Assembly: GCF_001194135.2 (NCBI RefSeq)
Contig: NC_068995.1
Coordinates: 13,111,124 to 13,175,123, forward strand
DNA length: 64,000 bases
DNA from: Octopus bimaculoides
Lineage: Eukaryota
Direction: 5' to 3'
Part shown: positions 12,236-23,114 of the stretch, piece by piece
Position numbering within the stretch: the stretch's first letter is position 1
How the letters are laid out: each line of letters starts with the position of its first letter
Translations under genes and position numbers: made by a program
The notes under the pieces: generated by a model
The model's database searches: none
Told to the model about the DNA's origin: nothing
What the model saw: only the letters and a program-made list of their open reading frames with translations

Positions 12236-12845
12236 AAATTTTATCAAAATTCTTGACAACATTCAAAATTACTTGAAACACTGTGCTTCACTAGAAATTC
12301 AGCCATGAAAGAGCTTAGACAAGTTATAGGTTTGTGTGTGACTGTGAGCAAATGAGTGTAGATATAAAAGGCTGAGTATGTTAGTTGAACTTCTCATACA
12401 GGACTGTTGGTCACATTGCAATTAACTAATCTTTTAACTGTGGGGACATGTTATTCCCCAGATTTAGAAGTTTAACCCTTCCATTACCGTATTTATTTTG
12501 GGATGTTCTGTGTTTCTTTCAATTAATTTTAAATATAACAAAGAGTTTAGTAAAATAACTTAGTTATCATTAAGATATTGTTAGGAACATAAATTGTGAC
12601 TAAGGTCTGGTGGAAAATTTTAATTCAAAACTTATGAAAACAAGACATTTGTACTACAAAGCCAGGGGTGGTTTCAGCCGGGTTGGTATTGAAAAGGTTA
12701 AAATGAGGCAGCATTTATAAGACAATATATTACATTATATTCTAGTGACTGTATATAAATCTCCCAACAAACTCAAGCCGTTAATAGTCATACTATTGAA
12801 TAGGGTGCTGACGGAAATTTAAGAGATTCAGTTGGTAAATTATAT
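12236..12845. repeat. Unclassified ~400-bp repeat, copy 1 (with MITE insertion)
   Basis: Direct repeat of 18786-19197, roughly 85% identical by eye. Confidence 0.8.
12476..12697. mobile_element. TTAA-targeting MITE family Y, 222 bp
   Basis: TTAA|CCCTT...AAAAGG|TTAA; the paralogous empty site at about 19023-19026 has a single TTAA; an inverted copy lies at 23910-24130. Confidence 0.85.
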
Positions 12846-15027
12846 ATATCGGGGGCCCATTCTTGTTTTATGCTTAAACCAGCCAGATCCAACCTATCAC
12901 ACAACATCATTTTAAAGATAAACTGCAGCATCAAAATTTCAAAGCTACACGATAAGATACGATGAATTCAAAACAATGTGAATAAGCATTTCATTTAAGA
13001 GAGTAAACTTAATATTAAAGGGTTAAATAGGTTAGATTCTCTTATAATTATGTTAGACACTACTACACACCTCAAGGAAATGATGCCATTTGATACCATC
13101 ATGAACAATGTGCAAAAATAATCCATTTACTAGAGCTAAAAGTCTCTGATAATCACCACTGTAAGCCCCTCAAGCACACATTGGATGGAAATATCTGACA
13201 ATCATCAACAAAGGACTTTCAATTTGAAACTATTGCACAGCAAATAGATCAGATAGTTATGTACATCTACTATTGACATGATCACCATCTAAGATATAAT
13301 GTGTTCTCTTAATCATTAATATACTAATCACATTCAAAATAAAGCTATTCATCAGTTAGGTGCTCCCATACTTGCAAACACTAGTCAACCATTAGCCTAT
13401 TACTGAAATGTATCATTTCATTCACCTGTCTTACCATAACTACAATGGCTCTTGGTCCATTAAATTCATTATCTCTATGTAAATCTCATCTAAACCTACC
13501 TGATGCATTCATCTCTCTCTCACATTTATTTTACATTAATTCAATTCTCAAAGCCAGAACTTCTTCCCAATTTTTATATCTTAGAATTTCACTATTGGAA
13601 CTTTTTTTTTCTGTTTACCTCTGCCTTTTCTCCAATAATAAATTTTAAAACTGAAAAAAAAAAAGTATTCCGTATTTCATACACCTTACAATACTATTTT
13701 GATTTTGCTCTCACCTAATTTAGTATAAGATTAATCTACAAGACATATATATCTAAATGAAAATTCTAACATGATGAACAATATAATTAACATTTATATA
13801 TTTTAATATCTAATGATAAAAAAAAACAAGGTTAGTTACAAAATGTTATAAATTATTTTTCTTTAGGATGGAATAACTTTCTAAAACCTAAACAAGTTTC
13901 GCCCCATCTTCAATGAAATTTGACACAAAAACTCAAAACAAAAAACACAATCAGGCCAAAAAGAGCCTCTATACGGTTATTTGAACAGCTAGAAATAACA
14001 GCCAAATCTAAACCCAAAGGACATTGGATAGTATAGTCCTACATATGCTACAGTCAAAAAAAGATAGGATGGTTATGGCTGAAACATTGGATCATCAACC
14101 TTTTCAATCAGAGCTGACCAAAGACTAAACAACAGCCAATAGCATCCAGTGTTACAAGAGTTCAGGTCATGTCTCTGAGTCTGATAATAATTTCTTTATA
14201 CTAGTTTCAGAGACCCTGAAAAGGAGTGAAGGATATTTCACCTCTGAATAAGCCATTAAAATATTTCTTTTTAAGCCAAAGAATCTTGATAACAACCAAA
14301 AATTAAAAAAAAACAACTAAGTAACAATGAAATAACTGTTCACCAAATATATTGGTATGACTTAATCCTTTAACATCCACTTTTCTCTGCTTGCATGGGT
14401 CAGACAGAATTTGTTGAGGCAGATTTTCTACAGCATGATGCCTTTTTTGTCACCAACCCTCACTTGTTCCCAGGCAAAGCAATATTTTTCCATGACCAGA
14501 CATGTTTTTCATGTAAGACTAAAAGTGAACAACACTTGTATAACAATGGTGATGCTCATTTACAAACATTACATGATGCCAACACAAGGGAATATATATA
14601 TATATATATATATATATANNNNNNNNNNNNNNNNNNNNNNNNNNNNNNNNNNNNNNNNNNNNNNNNNNNNNNNNNNNNNNNNNNNNNNNNNNNNNNNNNN
14701 NNNNNNNNNNNNNNNNNNNNNNNNNNNNNNNNNNNNNNNNNNNNNNNNNNNNNNNNNNNNNNNNNNNNNNNNNNNNNNNNNNNNNNNNNNNNNNNNNNNN
14801 NNNNNNNNNNNNNNNNNNNNNNNNNNNNNNNNNNNNNNNNNNNNNNNNNNNNNNNNNNNNNNNNNNNNNNNNNNNNNNNNNNNNNNNNTGGTTGGTATTT
14901 TCCCCCACCCATTCTGGAAGCTGTTACATGCACACCATCTTTTGGTGCTGCACTTTCTCCACCAACTGAGTGAGTCAAAAACAAAAAGGAAACTGAAACA
15001 AAAAAAAAAAAGATGAAGGGAACATAC

Positions 15028-15116
15028 CTTATCAAGCAGGTACAAAGGAGCAGTAGCTGCTCCAACAAGGGAAGTTGTTAAAAAGTCCCGCCAATTTCCA
15101 ATCTTGTTTTTGAGTT
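15028..15116 (-). CDS. SFMBT1/2: SFMBT exon, MBT2 arm (ELKNKIGNWRDFLTTSLVGAATAPLYLLDK)
   Basis: ttttatcag| ... AAG|GTATGT; 89 nt, phase 1 to 0; aligns with SFMBT2 IKEKYTDWTEFL...TAPANLLEG. This frame is absent from the ORF track. Confidence 0.92.
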
Positions 15117-15830
15117 CTGATAAAATAGAAAATTATTAGAGTGGTGTTAGCTGATAATAAAAAGGGCAACAAATTTCATTACACAATAACTGGGGAGAGA
15201 GAGAGAGAGGTACAAGAAAGAGGCCAGAAACAAGTGTGCTGATATGTAGGTGATACTTAGTTACCTAATCAGAGGAAAAATAAGAGGAGGAGAGAGAGTA
15301 ACCAAAGGGAAATAGAGAGAGAGTAACAAACAGCAAAAAGTGTCAGAGAGAGCAGAAGAGAGATGGTGTAGTGTTAAGGTATACTCAGTGCATCTCTTAC
15401 ATCTTTAAAAGGGTTCCCATTAGATGAAAAACTGCAGCTACAAGCATTTAACTAACACACACACACATTATGCGATACAGGTAATATTTAATTTAGCTAA
15501 GATTTAAATGTTTGACTACCAGAGTTAAAACATAGATACTAAGCAGGGACCTCTTCAGACACATCGTCATCATTTCATGTCCACTTTTCCATGTTTAGAA
15601 GGCTCGGACAGAATTTGTTGAGGCAGATCTTCTGTGGCTGGATGTCTTTCCTGTTGCCAACACTCAATTCTTTCCAAGCAAAGTAATATTTCCCACAGAA
15701 GACTAGTAACATACAACATTGCTAGTACAAAGATGCTCCTTTAGAACCATCAAGTGATGTCTAGACAAGGCTACACATGCACTTACATATATACATGCAT
15801 ACACACATGACAGGCTTCTCTCAGTTTCCT

Positions 15831-16063
15831 TATTTCTTTATTGCTCACAAGGGGTTAAACATAGAGGAGACAAACAAGGACAGACAAAGGGATTAAGTCG
15901 ATTACATCGACCCCCAGTGCGTAACTGGTACTTAATTTATCGACCCCGAAAGGATGAAAGGCAAAGTCAACTTCGGCGGAATTTGAACTCAGAACATAGC
16001 GGCAGACGAAATACCACTACGCATTTCGCCCAGCGTGCTAACATTTCTGCCAGCTCACCGCCT
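15831..16063 (-). mobile_element. tRNA-derived SINE family C inserted into a family A SINE
   Basis: Minus-strand head GGCGGTGAGCTGGCAGAA ... GAGTTCAAATTCC (B box); ~14-bp TSD CTTCTYTCAGTTTC at 15815-15828 and 16062-16075. Confidence 0.85.
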
Positions 16064-16595
16064 TCTTTCAGTTTCTATCTACCAGATCCACTGACAAGGA
16101 TTTGGTCAGCCCAGGGTTATAATAGAAGACACTTGCCCATGGTTCCATGCTGTGGAAACTGAAGCCAAAACATCAGGGTTGGGGCACCACTAGTTCCCTT
16201 CAAGCCTGTTTTTTATTAAATCAAAAGCTCTTTATGCACAGCAGTTTTTCCAAGTCTAAACCTAACTTTGTAGCTATTATGAATCAAAAATTTTGCAACT
16301 GGGAGGGTTACAGAAAGACAAAAAATATATACACATGTAATGGAAAAATGGAAAGCTGCCAGCAAGTTCAGGAAGATGTTTTATACCAACATATAAATCA
16401 AACCAGTCCTAACTGGCCAAGCACCATTATGAAGTCAACAAAATGAATATTCATTTATTTGACGTGGAAAGCATGACATGAATCCATTAATGTAAAAAAA
16501 CAATTTTTTCAAATGTCTGTGGAATCTGGTTTTAAAAATGCATAACAATAATTACACTTAATGGCAGCGTGTTAATGTAAGAGATCAATATTTAC

Positions 16596-16836
16596 CATCA
16601 GGAGGCATTAGTGTTTTATTATTTTGGGCACACCAGCCAATACTGTGTATTTCTGAGGCAGTAAGATCATGCCAAAAATCGGCTGATCCATCGTCACCAT
16701 AACCATCATAACGAAGACGGAGAAGAGGGCCACAAGTCATGATAACCGAAGCCACCCAATATGTGTCAGGAGTGGACTTCACTGCAACTTCTAACTTCAT
16801 CCCTTTCACAAAACCACTCTGTAAGCTGCACTCAAC
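16596..16836 (-). CDS. SFMBT1/2: SFMBT exon, MBT1 core ([31 protein letters not shown]...[14 protein letters not shown])
   Basis: ttaatttcag| ... GATG|GTAAAT; 241 nt, phase 0 to 1; canonical MBT core. Confidence 0.96.
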
Positions 16837-16887
16837 CTGAAATTAAATAAAATAAAGTTAAAGTGGAAAATTTATATATAAAATATA

Positions 16888-16931
<44 letters not shown>

Positions 16932-17311
16932 NNNNNNNNNNNNNNNNNNNNNNNNNNNNNNNNNNNNNNNNNNNNNNNNNNNNNNNNNNNNNNNNNNNNN
17001 NNNNNNNNNNNNNNNNNNNNNNNNNNNNNNNNNNNNNNNNNNNNNNNNNNNNNNNNNNNNNNNNNNNNNNNNNNNNNNNNNNNNNNNNNNNNNNNNNNNN
17101 NNNNNNNNNNNNNNNNNNNNNNNNNNNNNNNNNNNNNNNNNNNNNNNNNNNNNNNNNNNNNNNNNNNNNNNNNNNNNNNNNNNNNNNNNNNNNNNNNNNN
17201 NNNNNNNNNNNNNNNNNNNNNNNNNNNNNNNNNNNNNNNNNNNNNNNNNNNNNNNNNNNNNNNNNNNNNNNNNNNNNNNNNNNNNNNNNNNNNNNNNNNN
17301 NNNNNNNNNNN

Positions 17312-17363
<52 letters not shown>

Positions 17364-18264
17364 GCATATATAAAATCAACAACGGTAGGAAATTAACACA
17401 AGCGTTGAAGTTGTTTAGGGCTGTACTCGTTAGAAAACAAACATCAGCTGATAAAAGTAGTTCAGTTCTTAATAATGATAATCCTTTCTGCTATAAGTAC
17501 AAGGCCTCAAATTTTAGGGGAAGCTGATTACATAGACCCCAGTACTTTGCTGATACCCATCTTATCGAACCTGAAAGGACGAAATGCTAAGATGACCTCG
17601 GCAGAATTTGAACTCAGAACGTTAAGACGGACTAAACATTTTTACCCATGTGCTAACTATTCTGCTAGTTCACTGCCTCAATAATAATGATAATAATAAT
17701 AATAATTGATAATAATTATGATAATGAGTTCATTGTACCATGCTCGGACACACAACTTGTTGGAAAAGGGTAAAAGAGGGGACAAAAAGGCAGTAACAAG
17801 TCAAGTAAAGCAGGGCAGCAACACCAGCTCAAAGGGCACATGTAATACACAAGAGAAAACATGAAAAGACTAGAAATGTGAACAGTAAAAGAACCATAAA
17901 GAGGAAAGGTTGTGGGGGGGGAGCATTTCAAGTGGAATGGTATTAAAAGGAGTTTGTTTTTTTTTTGTTGTTTTTTTTTTTGTTGCTGTCATTGCTTAAC
18001 ATAAAACAATTATTTTTATTTCCAAAGTATCAGATATAAAAATCTGAAGTATATTATTAATAGTTTTTCAATGAGATACGTCTGTCTTGAAGATTAACAA
18101 TATAATACTTATTTTTGGTGAGAAAGTGCGCATGGAAATCAAAGTTTATAACATGAAATACCAGGCAAGTTCTGGAGTCGATGTAATCTACTTGCACGAT
18201 ACTTGTCTCAAAATTTTTGACCTTGCAACAACAACAATAATTATTATTATTATTATTATTATAC

Positions 18265-18665
18265 TAAGGCAGCGAGCCGGGCGAACTGCTAAGTGGCATT
18301 TCGTCCATCGCTACATTCTACGTACAAATTCCATCATGGTCGACTTCACCTTTCACCCTTGTGTGGTCAACAAATAAGTACTGGAGGGGGGGGGGGGGCA
18401 TAACTGACTTGAACCCTTCCCTAACATCGCTGGCCTTGTGTCAAATTTTGAAATTATTATTATAATTATTATTATTATTAAGGTAGCATGCTGGCAGAAT
18501 CATTAAGGCTTAGCAGCATTTCATCCATCTTTACGTTCTGAGTTCAAATTCCACTATAGTCAACTTTGCTTTTCATCCTTTTGGGGGTCGTTAAAATAAG
18601 TACCAGTTGAGCACTGGGGTTGGTGTAATCAACTTAACCCCCTGCCCCAAAAATTTCAGGCCTTA
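18265..18665 (+). mobile_element. Two head-to-tail family C SINEs separated by (ATT)n
   Basis: Two heads (AAGGCAGCGAGCCGGGCGAA..., AAGGTAGCATGCTGGCAGAA...) each followed by the family C body. Confidence 0.7.
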
Positions 18666-18785
18666 TTATTATAAAGCTGTTTATTTCAAGGGTTCAAGTG
18701 TAATCAAGATCTTTGCAGCATAATTTTATATAAGACCCTTTTGCGATGTTCCAAATACCAATTTCATTATGACATAGCTATTTTA

Positions 18786-19197
18786 CTAAAGTTTTATCAA
18801 AATTCTTGACAGCATTCAAAATTACTTGAAACACTGTGTGCTTTACTAGAAATCCAGTCATGAAAGGGCTTAGACAAGTTATAGGTTTGTGTGTGACTGT
18901 GAGTAAATGAGTGTAGATATAAAAGGCTGGGCAAGTTAGTTGAACTTCTCATATAAGACTGTTGTTCTCACTGCAGTCATCCAATCTTTCGACTGTGGAG
19001 CATATTATTCCTCAGATTTAAAAGTTTAAAATGGGGCAGCATTTATAAGACAAATAATATATGGGGGGCAGCATATATTATATCATATTATAGTGACTGT
19101 ATATAAATTTCCTTACAAACTAAAGCTCCTAATAGTCATACTGTTAAATAGGGTGTTGATGGAAATTTAACAGATTCAGTTGGCAAACTAATTATAT
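18786..19197. repeat. Unclassified ~400-bp repeat, copy 2 (empty site)
   Basis: See copy 1. Confidence 0.8.
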
Positions 19198-19470
19198 AGA
19201 CTTTTACTTTCCACAGCTTAATAAAGGACATGGTGGTTTATACAGGAGTCAAGAAGCTCGTTAAATCATATGAGCCAATGTAATCATTTTGCAGTAATTA
19301 GATATTAACAGCTGTTAGAGACTCAGATTTTTTAAGGATAACCCGATCCTTATACTGCTCATAATCTTTACTGTATCAACAAAATCCAAGCACTCTCTTA
19401 GAGTTTAAAAAATATTCCATGAATCACATTCAAAAAGGAGTGCATTTCGCATACTTAAGAATTTGAGGTT

Positions 19471-19661
19471 CCAGAGGTGGCACGTAAAAAGCACCCACTA
19501 CACTCTTGGAGTGGTTGGCATTAGGAAGGGCATCCAGCTGTAGAAGCTCTGTTAGATCATACTGGAGTCTGGTGTAGCCATCTGGTTCGCAAGTCCCCAG
19601 TCAAATCGTCCAACCCATGCTAGGCATGGAAAGTGGACGTTAAATGATGATGATGATGATG
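19471..19661 (+). mobile_element. Retroposon family B, 3' fragment
   Basis: AGGAAGGGCATCCAGCTGTAGAA ... GACGTTAAAT(GAT)n. Confidence 0.8.
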
Positions 19662-20237
19662 AGAAATGACTAAATCTTCTGATTTCCATATATTTATGTA
19701 CCAGTATCAGTTCCTTCTGTGTTCTTGAGCACAATAGGGTGCAAGCTAATGCCACTGACTTCAGCTGGCTGTAGTTTTTCTCTGCATCCACCCATGTAGT
19801 ATTGGTCTCTCTTATGTCACTTATGAATGTTCTGCACCATGTAATTTTCAGCCTTCCTCTTTCTTTTTTCCTCCAGTTGTGTCCATTTGAAAGCTGTCTT
19901 TAGAATGGTGTTGTTCTGGTACATAGAGTATGTGACCTGCAGCTTTTAATTTTCATTCTGTGATGGATTTCACTAAGTGGTCTTGTGTTGGCAGGTTTCC
20001 ACAATTAGGTCTACCAAACTTCACTCATGAGGCCTTAACACCAGAGCATGGTCGAAAGAAGATGTCCAAGATTCCACTCAATGGAATCTAACTTGGAGTC
20101 ACCAGTCATTGCAAGACAAGCTTCTTATTTACCTTAGAGCCATGCCACCACAATTTTATATTGATACATTAAATAGAGTACACAATGATAACAAAATATT
20201 TCTACAATAGCTTTGTTGTCAGACAGATTCTACTCAC

Positions 20238-20335
20238 ATGTTTGAATGCTGTTGGTGGCACTTCTAGAGCCCCAGTCTCCTGAAGATATTCCTCCCACAC
20301 AAAGTCTGGTTCCTCGTAAGTCTCTAGTAGACCAT
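20238..20335 (-). CDS. SFMBT1/2: SFMBT exon, MBT1 N-terminal arm (DGLLETYEEPDFVWEEYLQETGALEVPPTAFKH)
   Basis: atctccag| ... CAT|GTGAGT; 98 nt, phase 1 to 0; MBT arm motif F-x-W-x-x-Y-L ... P..F. Confidence 0.93.
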
Positions 20336-22031
20336 CTGGAGATATTAAAAAAAAAAAAAATCATTACAAAAATTAGTCAGACAAATAGATTACAATGAAA
20401 TCTATATAAAATTATGGGTGAATTTCAAATGTATAAAATAAACTGCAATAGTTTATGTTGTTATTTAGGACCACCACCACTGATCGGACCTGATCAAATA
20501 GCCCTTGTGGTCAAAGGTGCCTTTTCTCAAGGACATAAGTGCACCAGGAATATATTATACAATGTGTCTTTTGCTAAGTAAGGTGTAAACAGAAGGAGAT
20601 TTGGCTGCTATTTCTAGCAGGTTAAGCAACTAAGTAAAGATCTTTTGTTAGCTCAATAAAACACCTGCAATATACTGACGTCGAATGATTTAACTATACA
20701 TCCTTATTACCTATCTTACAAAAATTATGGTGGCATTGTATCTAATAGCTGAACTGAAAATAATCCCCATCACAATCAACTCTTCTCTGCATACAGGACT
20801 TCCCACTTTCATGATTGCCTTAGTTCTCCCAAATGTTGGAAATAAGCACCAGATCTTTTGGGAATTCCTGGACTGGGCTGCGTGTTGTGTTCTTGAGCAA
20901 GACACTTTATTTCACATTGCTTCCATTCACTCAGCTGCAGAAATGAGGTGCGATATCACTGGTGGAAGGTGCATTAAGCCTTTACTTTTTCCTTGGAAAA
21001 CATTTGTGGCGTGGAGAGGGGAAGCTGGTATGCATGGGTGACTGCTGGTCGTCCATAAACAACTTTACCTGGACTTGTGTCTTGGAAGGGAACTTTCTAG
21101 TGCAATCCCATGGTCATTCACGACTAAAGGGGGTTTTTATCCTTTTCAAACCAATATTCTATCAAAGAGAAGATAATTCTAGCAACTAACTAACCCTTTT
21201 GATACAAACCTGCTTGAAAACACTCCTTGTTTTATGATACAAAATTTCTTCTTTTAAAGGGGTCCTAGTTAAAACTGCCCATCAAAATTTCATGTATATT
21301 TATGTTCCAAACACCAACTTAATGAAGAAAAGTTATTTTACTAAATTTTTTTTATTATNNNNNNNNNNNNNNNNNNNNNNNNNNNNNNNNNNNNNNNNNN
21401 NNNNNNNNNNNNNNNNNNNNNNNNNNNNNNNNNNNNNNNNNNNNNNNNNNNNNNNNNNNNNNNNNNNNNNNNNNNNNNNNNNNNNNNNNNNNNNNNNNNN
21501 NNNNNNNNNNNNNNNNNNNNNNNNNNNNNNNNNNNNNNNNNNNNNNNNNNNNNNNNNNNNNNNNNNNNNNNNNNNNNNNNNNNNNNNNNNNNNNNNNNNN
21601 NNNNNNNNNNNNNNNNNNNNNNNNNNNNNNNNNNNNNNNNNNNNNNNNNNNNNNNNNNNNNNNNNNNNNNNNNNNNNNNNNNNNNNNNNNNNNNNNNNNN
21701 NNNNNNNNNNNNNNNNNNNNNNNNNNNNNNNNNNNNNNNNNNNNNNNNNNNNNNNNNNNNNNNNNNNNNNNNNNNNNNNNNNNNNNNNNNNNNNNNNNNN
21801 NNNNNNNNNNNNNNNNNNNNNNNNNNNNNNNNNNNNNNNNNNNNNNNNNNNNNNNNNNNNNNNNNNNNNNNNNNNNNNNNNNNNNNNNNNNNNNNNNNNN
21901 NNNNNNNNNNNNNNNNNNNNNNNNNNNNNNNNNNNNNNNNNNNNNNNNNNNNNNNNNNNNNNNNNNNNNNNNNNNNNNNNTGATCAAAATCTTGTGAGTG
22001 GATTTGATAGACAGAAACTGAAAGAAGCCAG

Positions 22032-22076
<45 letters not shown>

Positions 22077-22336
22077 ATGTGTGCATATGTTTGTGTGTCT
22101 GTGTCTGTCCCCCCACCATCACTTCACAACCGATGTTGGTGTGCTTACATCCCCATTACTTAGCAGTTCAGCAAAAGAGACCAATAGAATAAGTACTAGG
22201 CTTAAAAAAAGTAAGTCCTGGGGTCGATTTGTTCGACTAAAGGCGGTGCTCCAGCATGGCTGCAGTCAAGATGACAAACAAATAAAAGAATAAAAAGGTA
22301 AAAGAATGTCGAAGAAACGGTAAAAGGGATTGTTAC

Positions 22337-23114
22337 CTTCTGTATCTTCACACATGTCCAGGTTACAGTGAGGATCAGGAATTTCTTCAGAGCCACTCGG
22401 AGAGACTGGTACTTCACTGGGATTCTGACTACTTATCTCTTCGGTATAATCCTCCTCATCTTCCTCTTCCTCCTCTTCTTCGTCCTCCTCCTCTTCTTCC
22501 TCTTCAACATTCTCGGAGACCGGAGACTCAGACGACACGAACTGGTCATACTTCTCGGTCAGTATAACCGAGTCGACGGACTTGTTGTCAGTGTCGGGGC
22601 AAATCTCACAGGAAGCGTCCGAGTCAAGGTCGACGGACACTTCGTCTTTCCCTTCCTCACATACAGAACTTCCCACTTCCGTTTCTTCTTGGTTCTGTTC
22701 GTAGTTCTGCTCTTTGGAATTTGTAATCACCAACTCCTCATTGGGGTCCTCCTCCTCAAGCAGCACTGGTTCATCAGCAGCCTCTACATTTGTAGTCGAC
22801 ACGGGCTCTATCGCGTTGACAGCTGGGAATGTATTGGTCAGACTAGCAGTAGGAATGCTCTGTAGACACTGGAAATTAGGCTGCAAAACTACAGTGGGCG
22901 GAGTACTCACAAACAGTTGGTTATTAGTAAATACCGGTTGTGAGAAGCCTGGAAAGTTAGCAGGTAAGTAGACTGGAGACAACACCTGAGTAGTGGTAAA
23001 TGCCCCAAGAGTGGTAACAGGAGTGCAATGCATATTGGCAGGAATGCCAGCAGGGAATGTTGGTTTCATTTGTGTGGTGTGATTAATCAGAGCAGCACTA
23101 AATTGTTCCTTCAT
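22337..23114 (-). CDS. SFMBT1/2: SFMBT first coding segment: ~259-aa T/P/V-rich then D/E-rich N-terminal region (within exon 23218-22337)
   Basis: Acceptor ttttttttacag at 23219-20. The ATG at 23114 has A at -3 and an in-frame TAA upstream. Donor GAAG|GTAACA at 22336. Length 778 nt, phase 1, which joins the next exon in frame. Confidence 0.8.

Noticed and set aside
22368-22971. Plus-strand ORFs of 165 and 85 aa
   Set aside because: Antisense shadows of the low-complexity SFMBT exon.
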